From Paraspadella gotoi (Eukaryota; Animalia; Chaetognatha): a stretch of 64,000 nucleotides of DNA. The notes under the pieces were generated by a model, which worked only from the letters and a program-made list of their open reading frames with translations, searched no databases and was not told where the DNA came from. The translations under genes were made by a program, and so were the position numbers. The stretch's first letter is position 1, and each line of letters opens with the position of its first letter. The stretch lies in assembly GCA_051294375.1 (NCBI GenBank), contig CM119267.1:23189486-23253485 (forward strand). The letters are read 5' to 3'. This document shows, in pieces, positions 13,230 through 27,922 of the stretch.

Positions 13230-16200
13230 ATGGTGGAGAAACCTTTGACGAAGTCGGAGGAAGATCCTCTTCGCGACGAAAATGCGGCTCGTGAAGAAAA
13301 CTCTTCGGCGAGCGACGCCGCCGGCGCGGCAGCCGCCACCGCAGCCGCCACTGACTCCGCTGACGTCTCCACGGCCGACGGCGCCCCTCTCCCGCGGAAC
13401 GACGGCGCCGCTTCCCGCGACGACGACGAAGACATGGTTCAGCGTCTTTCCCGCGAGATCGAGGCGGCCATGGGCACCAACGGGGACGCGGGAATCAATG
13501 GCGTCGCGGGCGCCAACGCCGCCTCTCCCCTCAACGGTCGCGCGGATGAGTCCTTCGGCGCCGAAAAGGGCGAGTTGGAGGCTGTCTCCAAGGATGACGT
13601 CGAGTCTCCCGTCAAAACGAGGGACGAAGACGACGAGGATTCTCCGGCGTCGTTCCTCGCATCTCCGTCGGATGATCCCGCGTCGGCCAAGGAGTTGCAG
13701 ATGCGTCCGCCCGACTACGTCGATGCCGTTTCCAACAAGTTCGTCAGCGTCGAGCAGTCGCCGTCGTCGTCGCCCTCCAAGCGTAACGGAAGCGGCGGCG
13801 GCGGCGCCACGGGATTTTTACGGGCGGCGCGGGCTGGCAACGTCGCCAAAATGATGGAGTACATGAAGGGTAAGTTGACGTCGGAGATGACGCGTCAAGA
13901 TAATTCTATTGAAATCCTTTCCTTCACACTCTCCTTCCTTTCACAGTGAATTCTTTCAACATCAACGTGAGCAATGCGAACGGCCTCAACGCGTTGCACC
14001 TAGCGTCAAAGGAGGGGCACCTCCACATCGTCAAGATGCTGCTGGAGCGGGGCGCCGACGTCGACTCGGCTACTGCCAGGGGAAACACCTCCTTGCACAT
14101 AGCTTCGCTGGCCGGTATGTAATTGGTATAGCTATAAGTACGTCACATTTCACTGGTTTATAAAAATAGTTATTAAAAACATCAAACGCGAGTAGATGGT
14201 TTTAATCCGTCCATATTTTGAAATATCTAACGTTAGTTATGTAAAATACACAAAACTAATTTGAAGTTCGTAGATCCATGGACCAAACAAAATTTTGTTT
14301 TACATTCATTCGTTTTAAGACTCCCAAAATATTTTGTTTCTTCGTTATTTTAATTATTTCTTTCTTTCGTTATCTTTGTTTTTTTAATGGTGCTATTTTT
14401 AAACCTATTTTAATCCTATTTTTAATCCTAAATTTATCTTTTCTTTCCGCCGTCGCCATCTTCTTTTATTCGTCGCTATCCTCTTTCCCCGTCCGTCTCC
14501 ATGCTATTGCCTCTTCTTTCTTTCCTCAATTGGCAAATCCGCACCGCGACGGCGAAAAGGGCGACGACTGCCAGGGACACCATGAGAATCATCTCTAACG
14601 TTGCGCTTTTGCCAAAAGAAACCGAATGAATAGAATGAAAATTAAAAAGATGGGAGGAAATTAAATGTTGGGAAAACGCACGTCTTGTCGCGAGTCTCTG
14701 ACTCTGTCGGCCCCGTTGTCGTTCCGACCTCTTGGAGGTGTGGAGGAGTCGCCGCCGCAAATTGAGGCCATGACCAGAATGAGATATCAGTCGTACCCTG
14801 GGCATCTTTCCACGTCGGTGTAGATATCCTCGTAGTTTTGTTAACAGTCATTGTCTTTTCGATAAAATCGTCAATGATGAGCCGATCCGCCTCTTGAATC
14901 TGCCAAAATAAATTTGTGTTCACGTGATAACCATTAGCAAAAATATTTTTTAAAAAACGTCAAATGACTTCCCTCGTCTGGTAAGAAGACCGATGCTCCG
15001 TTCGTTACCATGACGATTAGCAGCGACAAAAGGACTGATATTGTCATGGTCATTAGTTACGTGCGAGATTTCGGTAGTTAAATATTTACGTAGGTTAAAA
15101 AAACTGCGAGTCTGTTGTAAACTGTTTTGACTCGTTGAGTAAAAGATTTTAATCCTCGTTGAAAGATTGAAAAAATTGATAAAACGAATTCTGCGAAGTA
15201 ATGAGGGCCAAATATCGGACGAACTTTATAACGAAGACTTCGTTCAACATTTCTGAGCAAGAAATAATTGTCCGATTCTCTCCTTTTTTCGATTTCAGGT
15301 CAAGTGGCTGTCGTCAAGACCCTTATTGAGAATGGAGCCAAGGTTAACGGTCAGTCGACGAACGGGTTCACTCCGCTCTACATGGCCGCGCAGGAAAATC
15401 ACGTCGGTGTTGTTGAGGTATTGTCGAGTTCCAGTGGTTTTAGTCCCGTTCTTTTATACGATTTTTAAATCTAATCCAACGTCTCCTTCCCCTCCTCTTT
15501 TCCTTCAGGTTCTCCTGCAGCACGGCGCCAATCAGAGTTTAACGACCGCCGACGGTTTTACCCCGTTGGCGGTGGCGCTGCAACAAGGACACGAGATGAT
15601 CGTGGCTCTTTTGCTGGAGAACGATTCCAAGGGAAAGGTCAAGCTCCCGGTGAGAATCGCTAATGTTGTGTCGAATGCCGATGACAAATTGTGTTAATTA
15701 TCGTGAAAATATGGTAAAATAAGTAAGATTGTTGGTTGGTTAAAACGTTACTTATTTATTTTTTTCCTTGTGCGGCCTAATTTAGCTATAAATCCTCTAA
15801 TCCGCTCCTTAATAACGTTCCTTCCTTTCTCCCCTCACGTTTGCTCTTTTGTCTTTTCCCGCGTTTTTCACCCCAGGCCTTGCATATTGCTGCTAAAAAG
15901 GACGATTGTAGGTAAACACATAAACATATAATTAAGTTTAACGTAGTTCTCAGTCTTAATTTACGGTAGAATATTGTTAAATAGCATTGGGACCAAAGCA
16001 ACTTTTTCAATCTTCATCATCCCATTTTCGTTATCCAATTTCAACCCCACAATTCAGCTTGGTACGTTTATTAGCTCGTCGCGTTCGAGTGTAGTATTTT
16101 TTATTTCTCGTCTCCCTATCTCTTTAGTTTTTTCAGGAATTCTTTTTCGGGTTCTTTAATTTATTCAATAATCGCGTCTTATAACTTTTTTTTTGCCCAT

Positions 16201-19200
16201 CCCTCCCCCCCCATTACCCAAATTTTTATGACATCCGCAATTCCAAAATTATTCACCGACTCCGTCGCAACTCATCACCGCATCATCAAACGCTCGCATT
16301 ATAAATCCATATCCTTCAACCACCTTTTCTGACGAATCTCCAGGGCCGCTGATCTGCTCCTCCAGAAGGAGCACTTCGTAGACGTGCAGTCGCGGTCCGG
16401 CTTCACTCCGCTGCACATCGCCGCCCACTACGGCAACGCCGGCGTGGGCGCCATCCTTGTCGCCAAAGGCGCCAAGGTGGACTTTCTGGCTAAACAGGTT
16501 AGTAGCGAAGGGAGAGGAAACAAAAAAGCTGAGATGACTAAGCGCTTTTCCCTCTTCGTCCAGGGCATCGCTCCTCTCCACGTGGCGGCGAAATGGGGCA
16601 AGATGAACATGGTTAAGCTCCTCTTGGAGAATTCGGCGGACAAGGGAATTCAAACGAGAGACGGATTGACTCCGCTCCACTGCGCCTCGAGGAGCGGGCA
16701 CGACCAGGTGGGGTGTCGTTTGATTGTGATTTATTTACAATAGATTTATGTATGATAATTCTTGTATAATTCTTGTATAATTTTGTACAGTACTTACTTA
16801 CTATCGAATTATTTTTCCCAGGTCGTCGACTACCTGATCGAGAACGACGCGCCTCTGGTGTGTCGGACTAAGAACGGGTTGGCGCCGCTCCACATGGCGG
16901 CGCAGGGCGACCACGTCGAGTGCGCCCGCCTCCTCCTCTACCATAAGGCCTACGTGGACGACGTCACCGTCGACTACTTGACGCCGCTTCACGTGGCCGC
17001 CCACTGCGGGCATCACAGGGTGGCCAAGATTTTGTTGGATCGCAAGGCCGAGGTAAGGGGGAGGGGATGTGGTTTTGAATCGGGGGTTTGGGGGGGGGGG
17101 CGGTGGTGGGTGAGGATAAAATGGTTTGAATAATCTAACTCAAGAATTAACGCCTGCCAATACTTGTAAAACCAAAGGTGAACGCTCGAGCACTGAACGG
17201 CTTCACTCCCCTCCACATCGCCTGCAAGAAGAACCGAATTAAGGTCGTCGAACTGCTCGTCAAATACGGGGCGCTGATCGAGGCGACGACCGAGTCGGGG
17301 CTCACCCCGCTCCACGTCGCCAGCTTCATGGGATGTCTCAACATCGTCGTTTATCTCATTCAGCACGGCAGGTCTTCAATTAAGTCTTTAAATATTAACA
17401 CATAGCACATATTACATATTTCCTCAAATAATTTCTTATCATCTCGTACGTTTCGGTTCAGTGGTTCACCACTCTAACGGGGGGGCATCTTATATTATTA
17501 TTTATTGTTGACCTTATGTTTAGTGCGAGAAGGCTCGCATTGTTCTTTTTGCTGTTCTACTTGATAAAGTTTATGAATTAATATAAAGAGAAGCAATAGT
17601 GGTCAATTACCTTATTTATTGTATTGTTAACTTAACATTATTATTATTATTACACAAGATAGATAATGGTTATTAAATTATAAATGGTAAGCTAAGAAAA
17701 GGGCATAGTGGTTCAGACCGACCCTGAAATCCTAGCTGATTAATAGCTAGGCCTTCTATCAAACAAGCCAGTCTCCCAGAACAAGAAAAATACTTCCTTT
17801 TATAAAGCAACAATACTACAATGAAATATTTGAATAATAATTGGAAAACTAAATCATTATTAAAACCTATTAAAACTATTGCTAAAACCTTAAAATAAGA
17901 CTATTATGAAAACTGTATCAAAAGTCTAAACTACTACAATATGTAAATGAGATTGAAGACCTCAATCTCATTTGAAATGAACCACAAATTATTCTGCTAC
18001 ATATTCGTCCATATATCTCACTTTGTAAACTTTTTCTGACCCCCATCTACCTCCCCCAATTCCACTTTCCCGATCTCCTCATTCTGCAGTAATCCCAACA
18101 TCCAAACTGTCCGCGGGGAGACCCCCCTCCACCTGGCGACCAGAGCCAATCAGGTGGACATCATCCGCGTGCTGCTTCGCCACGGCGCCGAGGCCGACGC
18201 CCAGGCGCGCGAGCAGACAACCGCGCTGCACATCGCGTCGCGTATGGGCAACAGGGACGTGGCGGCGCTGCTGTTGCAGCACGGGGCCAAGCCCGACTCC
18301 GTCACCAAGGTGAGTCGCGGTTTGTGAGCTTTGTTGATTTTAGTTTGGTTTCATTTTCTTTCTTCATCCATCATCAGGATAACTACACCTCCCTCCATCT
18401 CTCGGCAAAAGAGGGCCACGACGAAGTGACGACACTTCTCTTAGATCACGGGGCCTCTCTCGAGCCCCTCACCCGTAAGGGGCTCACCCCTCTCCATGTC
18501 GCCGCCAAATACGGTCACCCCAAGGTGGCGTCGCTACTGTTGATGGAAAAGCAGTGCCGTCCCGACGTCCTTGGCAAGAACAACTTGACCCCCTTACACG
18601 TTGCTGTTCATTGTAACCACCCCGAAGTGGCCTCTTTGCTGCTCGATCGGGGCGCCTCGCCGCACGCCGCTGCCAAGGTGAGGATCGCGGGAAAGCCTTA
18701 GAGGAAAAATATTTCTTCACCTTTTCCTCGGAACTAAATATAAAAAAAAAATTGTGCCTTGTTTTTAGAACGGCTACACTCCTCTTCATATCTCCTCGAA
18801 AAAAAATCAGATCGGTTTGGCGACGAGCTTGTTAGAGCACGGTGCCAAACCCGACGCAGAATCTGTCACTGGAATCACCCCCATTCACCTCGCGTCTCAA
18901 GAAGGCGAGTGAGGAAGTTTCTCTTTAATTTGTTTTTGATGAATAAAGATCACTTGGAACTCGACGCAGAGTCGTTCAGTGTAAATTTTTACAATATGCA
19001 AATTAGATTAACTCAACATTTTTTACCCTCATTCCCAGGTCACGCGGCCATGGTGAACCTGCTTCTCTCTTACAACGCGTCGGTCGACGTGGCGGCGAAG
19101 AACGGACTCACGCCGATGCACCTATGTGCGCAAGAAGACCGAGTGGGCGTGGCCGCGATTCTTAAAGACCACGACGCCTCGATCGATCCTACAACGAAGG

Positions 19201-22200
19201 CGGGCTATACGCCCCTGCACACCGCCTCCCATTTCGGGCAGATCAACATGGGTACAGACTACAGTTTTCAAAAGAGAGAAAAAATTGGTTTTGAAATTCG
19301 TTATTCTTTCGTTTCAGTTCGTTTCCTTCTTAAACACGGTGCCTCCGTAACGTCCACGACCAAGCATGGCTATACGGCATTGCATCAAGCTGCGCAACAG
19401 GCAAGACTTTCCTGTCCACTAAGGCGTAGTGAAAGTTATATACAAAAATTCTAAAAGTCAATTATGAACAACATACCATCAGTGAACATTAATTTGTAAA
19501 AAAAATTAATTTTATGTTTTTTAATTTTCGCAGTAGGCTATATTTATATATAGTACTATCCTTATAAAATTGAAAAAAATTCAAAATAGGCTTTTCTTAA
19601 TTTTGATTGCAGATTTGAATTCCTCGTCAAAAGTTGATAAAAGAAAATATAAATCATTTTTAAAAATTATTTTATTAAGTGGGTTAAAAATTAAAAAACT
19701 ATATTTAATATATAAAAAGTTAATTTTCAGCTTAAAATATGGCTTTTTCTAATTTTTGACCCACTTAATGAAGGAATTTTTCAAAAAGAGTTATATTTAT
19801 TTTTATCAACTTTTTATGACGAATCCAAATCTGCAAAAATATCTTTAAAAAAACTGTTTTGAAATTTTAACATTTATTGGTTTTGTACTAGTATAAATAT
19901 GGCCTACTGCGTAAATTGAAAAATTTATTATAAATTTTTTTATTACATTATGTTCATTAGTATAATGTTGTTCGTTCCTCACTTTTAGAATTTTAATTAA
20001 AGTTAAATTTATAAATTTTACTACGCCTTACTGTCCACGCCCGTTTCGTTATTAAATTTTAACTGTTTTCTTCTTTTCTCAATCAGGGCCATGTTAATAT
20101 TGTGGATTTGTTGCTCGCCAGCAACGCTTCCCCCGACGTCCTCTCCAAGAACGGCCAGACCCCCTATTCCATCGCAGAAAGACTCGGGTAAGTCTCTGCG
20201 GTTTAGGTATGAGAATATTCGTTTAATAGAAAGGGGGGGGAAAATAATTTTATTAAAAAAAAATAACGTTTTACATACTAAATACGTACATATGAAACCA
20301 ATTTGAGATTATCCCATGTTTTTGTCCGTCCCTTGAATAAAAGATCAGCTAACAGAAGTAAGTTTCCGTCAACGATTTGGTTTCGGGTGAGGTTTTTGTT
20401 GATTCCGTCGTCGGGCGGGTTTTCGCGGTTCATCTAAAATTCGTGTCAAACGAGGAACGACGACGACGACGATAATAATCAGGAAGACGACCACAATTTG
20501 CCGATTGAGACGGTGACGACGACGATACCGACAACGACGATGGTTGACCCCGCGTCCGTCGTCCGAGGTCGATCGTCGATGACCGAAAACAAAGAAATCA
20601 AAATTCCGATGTCGATGGGAAATTGCAGAGGATAAGAATCAAAGGCCAATCCTTTCTTTCTTCTTTCTTTTCCTATTGTTTTCTCTCTCGCTTCGGGATT
20701 CATTCCATAAAGATTAAAAGAGGCGGGATTTGGGGTCGTCTCGATCCCGGTGATTATGGCATTGAAAGAATGAGACGTTGAGACAAGGAAACCCTTGGGC
20801 TTTATTCCTTTACGTGTGAAAAAAAAAATTCGGGTGGATCCAATTTCTTTTCCTCCAATACCCCCAAAGTGAACTCGTTTCTCTTCGTCTCTTTTCTTCA
20901 AATTCACTCTGGACGATCAATCGATAGAAAAATAAATTTTATAACGTAAATCATTGAAAATCATTTTAAGCCACAAACCTTTAGCACCACAATCGTCATG
21001 GGTTCTTTTGCTCCCAATTTTTTTGAAAGAATCAACCATCTAAGTTTTCGGAATTCAGACTCGCGCAAATCAGTTCGTAAATCCGCGAACTCGCAATCGG
21101 AAAAATCTTTGCGAAAATCTGAAAAGATTCAATCAGAAAATTCTCGATTCTCCAACGGCTTTCGCTTCAGGTACATTTCCGTTGCGGAGACGTTGAAGGC
21201 CGTGACGAACACCCCTGCCACCGCCTACCAGTCGGGAACAGTTTCGGGAGAGTCCACTCCTGTCAGCGGAACTTCAGGTTTGTATTTTAATAATAAATTA
21301 AACGTTGAACAAATGCTTTTCAGTTTTTTACAACTTAATACTAAAATCTTTCCATCAATATGTCAGAAAAATACCGCATCATGTTCCCCGAGACTATGCA
21401 AGAGTCCCACATGATGGAGAGCGAGGACGAGGCGGAGAACGAGGCGTTGACGGGCGACGCCTCCTACCCTTTCCTCACCTCGGACGACATCCGCATCATG
21501 CCCGACGACTCGGCCGCCGTCGCCGCCGCCCCGCCTCAAGTCCCGCCTTCCCCGGGCTCCGCCCACATGGGCGTCAGCGTCTCCATGTGCAGCGACGACC
21601 TCATGATCTCCTCCAAGATGAGCGAGTTCAACGAGGGGGGCGTCAATTCTCCGCTCACTTCGTCATTCATCTACGCCACGCCCATTCCGCCATCCATCTC
21701 CATCGAGAACGGCGAGACTGGGGGTAAATATGATCTTTTTTAGTGTGACCTTGTCTAAAAGCGTCATATTTTATTATGTATTTATTTCATAGGCGTGAAC
21801 GGAGTCTACGTGCAAGGGCTGCCGGGCTTGGACGAGAGCAACGTCTCCGACGTGACGGCCAACTCTCACGACGTGACAGACAACATCGACATCAGTCGCG
21901 CCTCGTCCCAGCTCCCCATTCATGCGGGTCAGTTTTCGCAAAAGAAATATAAATTATATTATAAGTATATACATATATATAGTATAAGATGAAGATTGTC
22001 TAAAGTCGAATATTGTCGTTTTCCTAATGCTCGCTTTCGATTAACATCAACAGAAACACTCGAGATCGAAGGTAACCATCGTATAAGATCTTTTAATTTA
22101 ATTATTGTTTGTTTTTCTCGCGATTACCAACCCACTTTTGTCACGCTATGATCCAAAACGTTTCTATCAATCAATAGGTCCTGAAAAATCCGCCTAAATT

Positions 22201-25200
22201 TCGGTCAAAAAATCGCTTTCAGTAACACCCCCAAGTGCCTTGATCAGATTAGCCGTCTAGCATTTTGACCTTTTGTAGATAAAAATGCTTTGAATGCAGT
22301 CATGATTTTATTAACTAATGAAGAAAATCGAGCCTTCTTATAAGAAAGCAAATTCTGATCACTGTCTAAATGTTTTTATTATGTTTTAGATAAAACTAAC
22401 CGAGCGTTTGAACTTGCGGCGACAACAACAACGACAACTACATCGACCTTGACGCGACCGATCACGTGACACCTGAAATACCCAAATTTACGCTCTGTTC
22501 GTTTTTCCCCCGTAGGATTTCTAGTCAGCTTCATGGTGGACGCCCGCGGCGGGGCCATGCGGGGCTGTCGCCATAGCGGCGTACGCGTTGTGATTCCACC
22601 GCGCTGCGCCTCCATGCCGACGAGGGTCACGTGCAGAATGTTGAGGAAGGACAAGCTGGCTCACCCGCCGCCACTGATGGAGGTAATTGGATCAGAAAAC
22701 CGTTTTTTGTAGCGCCAGTCGACACTTAAAATATTATTATTATTAATACTATTACTAATAATACTATACATGATTGAAATTTCTCTCCTTTCCGCTTTTA
22801 CAGGGAGAAGCCCTGGCGTCGCGCATCGTAGAGATGGGCCCGGTGGGCACGCAGTTCTTGGGCCCGGTAGTACTGGAGGTGCCGCACTTTGCGTCCCTCC
22901 GCGGCCGCGAGCGAGAGATCATGATCCTAAGAAGCAACAACGGGGAGACTTGGCGAGAACACACGACCGACGTCGGAGACGACGTCATACAGGAGATACT
23001 CAACGGCACCATCGACGGTGAAGGTTAGAAATCAATCACCTTTCACTAAGCTATTTTAGGTTTATTACACCAACCCTTGATCTACTAATCGAACTGTGGT
23101 TGCCGATCCTTGAATAATGATAGACTACATATTTTGTCATCCCCGGCTCTTTTTTACCAGAATTGGAGCCATCTGAAGAGTTGGTGCCCCGCCGCGTGAC
23201 GCGCATCCTGACGACGGAATTCCCGCAGTATTTCGCCGTCGTGACGCGCGTGCGCCAAGAGTCGGCCACCGTGAGTCCCGAGGGCGGCATGCTGTCGTCC
23301 ACTGTGGTGCCGCAGGTTCAGGCCGTCTTTCCCCATGGCGCTCTCACCAAGAAAATCAAAATGGGGCTGCAGGTTTGGGAGAGAGAGGGAGAGAGAGATA
23401 GGGAGAGAGTTGTTCGATTAAATTAAATTTTTCTGTCTTCCCATCCGACCTCAGGCGCAGCCTATTCCGCCCGAATTGGTGAGTCAATTGCTGGGCAACC
23501 GCGTCGCCGTCAGCCCCATCGTCACGGTCGAGCCGCGCCGGAGAAAATTTCACAAACCCATCACACTCACCATCCCCTTACCTCAGGTCGGTGGATTTCT
23601 TTCCCTTTATAAAATAAAATCTTCTTTCGAGAGGTCAAATTTTTATGAGGGGATTAGCCTAAAGCGATATTACAATTTCGTTGAGGAATCTTAAACTTAA
23701 AATTTAAAAAAACCTCGCATCTTTTCCCACCTTGACTCAGGCTGCGGGAGGCAAGGGAATGATTAATGGGTACAACACTTTGGCCGACGGGGGTCCCCCT
23801 ACACTCCGCCTTCTCTGCTCCATCACGGGCGGCACCACCCCCGCGCAGTGGGAGGACATCACGGGCACCACGCCTCTCACTTTCATTAACGACTGCGTGT
23901 CATTCATGACTACCATCTCGGCGAGGTTTGTTGTTGCTTTTAATAAATAAATAAATGTTTTAAACCGAGTTGAACAAATTCACTCTTTCTTTAGGTTCTG
24001 GCTGATGGATTGTCAGAACGTCAATGAATCGGCCAAGATGGCGACGGAGTTGTATCGCGAGGCGATCACCGTCCCCTTCATGGCCAAGTTCGTCGTCTTC
24101 GCCAAGAGGCAGGCCGAGCTCGAGTCCAGGCTTAGGGTTTTCTGCATGACCGACGACAAGATGGACAAGACGCTCGAGTCACAGGTTCACACCCGATTCT
24201 CTCTTTTGTTTTTCGTCCGTGATTTCGTTTTGTTTAGGAAATTTTTTTATTATTTTTTCAATCAAAACATCAATTATTTCCTAGGAACACTTCAAGGAGG
24301 TAGCCATGAGTCGCGACGTGGAGGTGCTGGAGTCGAAGCGCCTCTGGGTGGACATGATCGGCAATCTGATCCCGGTCACTAAGTCGCGCGACGGGGAGGA
24401 GCAGTTGAACCTCGTCTTCAGAGCCTTTAAAGAGAACAGGTGAGAAGACTGGGTGAGCTTATTATTTCCTTTTACGTAGATTACTTTGTCAAATTTCTGT
24501 TCAAGTCCGTGTCCTTACTTAACTTTTTTTTCGTTTCCGCCAGGCTGCCTCTAGTCGTGCGCGTGCGCGATCCCGACCAAGAGGCCGTGGCGAGAATCTC
24601 CTTTATGCCGGCCCCTAAACACGGCAAACCCGTCGCGAGAACAGGTTTCTCAGAAATACTAACGTTAATACGTAGTTGACCGCAAGATCTCTATAATCAA
24701 TTTCTTTGCAGGTTCGAACCGCGCTCCCCTTCCCCCGCCGCATGCGCGAAGTCCGCGGCTAACCTCCCAACACACCCATTCGCAACACGCGCCCTTACAG
24801 ACGCCCGCGTGCACGCTTAACCTTCAACTGCCCGATTTGGACTCTACTGTCAACTCTGAAGCAGGTTGTGAGATTGACGAGAATGAACGTGAATGTCTCA
24901 CTATTTACACGATTGTAAAGTTTTATTTCTCTCTCGCCAGGCGACATCACTATATCAGAAGAGAAACAGGCAGAGTTGATGCGCAAGTTCGGCCTGGTGA
25001 TGTCGTCGCCCTCGCCCAACGCCTCCGCCCACTCCTCCCGTCTCCACCCGCAGGACACGTCCTCCTCCTCCCTCTTCCCCACGCCCACCATGATGCAGCG
25101 GGCGGAACTGAAACTCAGCGACATCGCGGAATGTCTGCAACAGGACTGGATCAACCTCTCCGTCCAATTGGGTCTCTCCGACCAGGACATCTTGGATATG

Positions 25201-26020
25201 CAAAAGGTCTCTTTACACTATCACTCTTCTCAATTGAAATCTTCAGAAATATTTATTTATTTATTAAGCGAAGAAAACAAAAGCAGACTTACCTCTAATT
25301 ACCTTACTCTGACCCGTGACCAATCCCCTTTCGCTTTCAGGAGTACCGGGAGAGCGTTTACGACCAAGCTCTGGCTTCCTTGCACTGTTGGTACGAGACG
25401 TATGGTCATAAAGCCACCGGGAACGTCCTCGAAAAGGCTCTGAAGAAAATCCACCGGGAAGACATCGTGCAAAAGTGAGTAGATCGGCTGCTTAGCAGGA
25501 GTTGGGGTCAGCTTATGTTAAGATTACAGTTTTTGTGAATCCCTTAAGGTGCATGTACAACGTGCAAACGGTGACGGATGAAAAGGAAAAACAGGAAGCG
25601 AAGAAACAGTTAATCGATGCCTCCGGCGCCAATAATCAGGTTCGTGTTCTTGGTTCAAGTTCGTCATCGTAGTAAATAAATATTGTTTTTAGGGTCGCAC
25701 ATCTTTTATTTCAGCAACTTTTGATTCTTTTAAAATCGTTATAAATCTACTCGTGTGTAACTTACCGTCTTACTTACTTCTGCTCCTTGAATAATTTATC
25801 AATCCCACTCCCTTCACCCCTTCCCAATCGGGTTCTTCAGTGTGGTTTCGAGGGTTCCCACGAATCGGAAGACGACGCCGAAGCGACGTTGAAACGAAGG
25901 AAAGAAGGAAGGAAGGAAGCCACGTCGACGGGAGAAGCGGAATCCTCCAAAGTCGTCGGCGACGTCGCCGGGTTGGCCAGGGAAGAGGAGGACGTGCCGG
26001 AGGAGGAAGAGGAGGAGTGA
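13230..26020 (+). CDS. Ankyrin (ANK repeats-ZU5-ZU5-UPA-death domain-short acidic tail), ~31 exons
   Basis: [25 protein letters not shown], many TPLH repeats; ZU5 start [22 protein letters not shown] (22516); [25 protein letters not shown]; [14 protein letters not shown]; death domain at ~25100-25620; stop at 26018-26020. Includes a 35-nt exon at 15877-15911. Confidence 0.93.
17450..18001. mobile_element. Second copy of the repeat found at ~3005-3603
   Basis: Shared blocks and an identical terminal ctgctaca. Confidence 0.5.
19420..20030. mobile_element. hAT-type MITE with an 8-bp TSD (CTGTCCAC)
   Basis: TIR TAAGGCGTAGT...ACTACGCCTTA; perfect CTGTCCAC at 19412-19419 and 20031-20038; second family member at 47907-48394. 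Confidence 0.85.
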
Positions 26021-27922
26021 AAGGAGGAGAAGGGGCGGAACGAGAGAGAAAGAGCGAAGAGGAGAAGAAAGAAGAAAAGATTAAAATAGTGTGATACATC
26101 GATCGTCGTTTGACGTCATCGTTACGCTATTTTTAGATGTAGAGACGATAAAAACAATTGAAAGGAGTCATTGGGAGAAAACAAAAAAAAAACATTCGGA
26201 ACGGAAATTAAAAACAATATTACCGAAACTAATCGATAATAATCAAACGATAAGAGATTTAACAAGATTTTAACCTGATACCTATACCCTTCTCTCCCCC
26301 ACCCCCCTTTTCCCTTTTCGTTCTTCCCCACTCGCTGGGCATTGCTTCGATTAATTAACGCTAACGTGTCTCTATAGTCAAGCCGATCGATTTGCGTTTT
26401 GATTGTTTTTTCGAGCTATTATTTAATATTTATTAAAAATCATATTATTCACCAATGACAAATATCCATATCCTTCTGCACGGCACCGCACATGGTAACC
26501 TAATGCTGATAAAAGAGAAAAGTAGAATTAAAAAAAAAAACAAGTCTTCACTCTTCACCCTGTCTCTCTATTTCTCTCTCTGTCTCTCCGAAATTTTTGT
26601 GGTTTTCTTTTTTTCCGAAATCTTCTCTATTCGAGATCTCCTGTAGGCTACAGCTTATATTCTCATTTCTGACATTTTTTGGGGCAGGGACTACCTCCCC
26701 AGAAAGTCTTCATTTACCATTATTTTATTAGTTCGATGTCGTTATAAAACAAATTAGTGTAATAAGAAACTTACGTACTAATTTTACGTATTGAACTACT
26801 GATGTCGGGCATTTTATCTCCCCCAACTTAGCTTACTGTAACATTTGTTGTTTAGTTTATATTTATTGACCGTATTTGTCGTTTTTTAGTTTTTATAATA
26901 CGTAGATCGTGTCGATTACATATTTTGTTGTTCTGGGAATTGCACGTTTTATCGTGGCTTGCGTAATTTCTTATTTTCTCAGAAGCAAATTTTGATTAAC
27001 GTGTGCCAATTTTTAATTTTTTTTAACAGTGAGAATTGACATTTATGTTGCAACGCTTTCGGTATCGTTACTCGAATTTTGCTGTTTCTTTTTTCTGAGC
27101 AACAAGATCTGATTGTTACAAGCATAAATTTTTCAATCAGTAGCTTAACTTAATTGTCAGAAAAACCCTGATGAAGTTATTGTAATTTTTAAAACTTGTT
27201 TTATTTGTGGATCTTCAATGATGTTGATGCTAATGGACGTTATTACTAATTACTACTCTGCTGTACGCATGTTGCCTTTGGTTTGTTCTATGGAAACCAT
27301 GACAAATTGCTTCAGAAAAATTCTGTTAAGATATTTTTTAATTATATTTGAAACAAAATTCTAGATACGTTTGTTGTTAAAAATTAAAGCTTGTTAATTG
27401 ACAGATTTTAGAATTTTGCAAATATTCCTAAAAGGGCAGTAATATTTCAGTCGTGACGTGGGAGCCTGAAGTGGTTTAATTCGATGCGCATTAAATGCTT
27501 TTAATCGCATGACATACTAAACATTTTGTTTATCGATCATTGAAATCTCGAGTTTGGTTCGTTGCTCATTTTTATTAAAAAAAACCTTTTTTTAAATTCG
27601 TGCATCTTTGCCTTTTTCAATGTAAGCTTTCACTTTTGAAAGATAGTTATAAAAAAAAGACAGCGTATCGGATTGAATGAAACAAAAAGCTGACTGTACC
27701 AAAGAGAAAAGACCAGTTTTGTTGTGATATTCGTGATCATAATCGGAACTCGGTCTCCGTCTAGAAGATTAATCTGGAAACTAATATGTTGACTAAAGCG
27801 ACGGCTACAAATTTCGATCTTTCTTGAAATTAATATTGAATTTTGAAAATTTTGTGAAAAAAAATATTTATTCAAACGCCCATAGATCTTGAGAGTACAT
27901 ATTCAAAAAGAACGTTATCGCT

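Noticed and set aside
20440-20640. GC-rich open stretch in an ankyrin intron (similar one at ~14450-14900) as an alternative exon
   Set aside because: No convincing splice-site pair or recognisable peptide; cannot be supported without RNA data.
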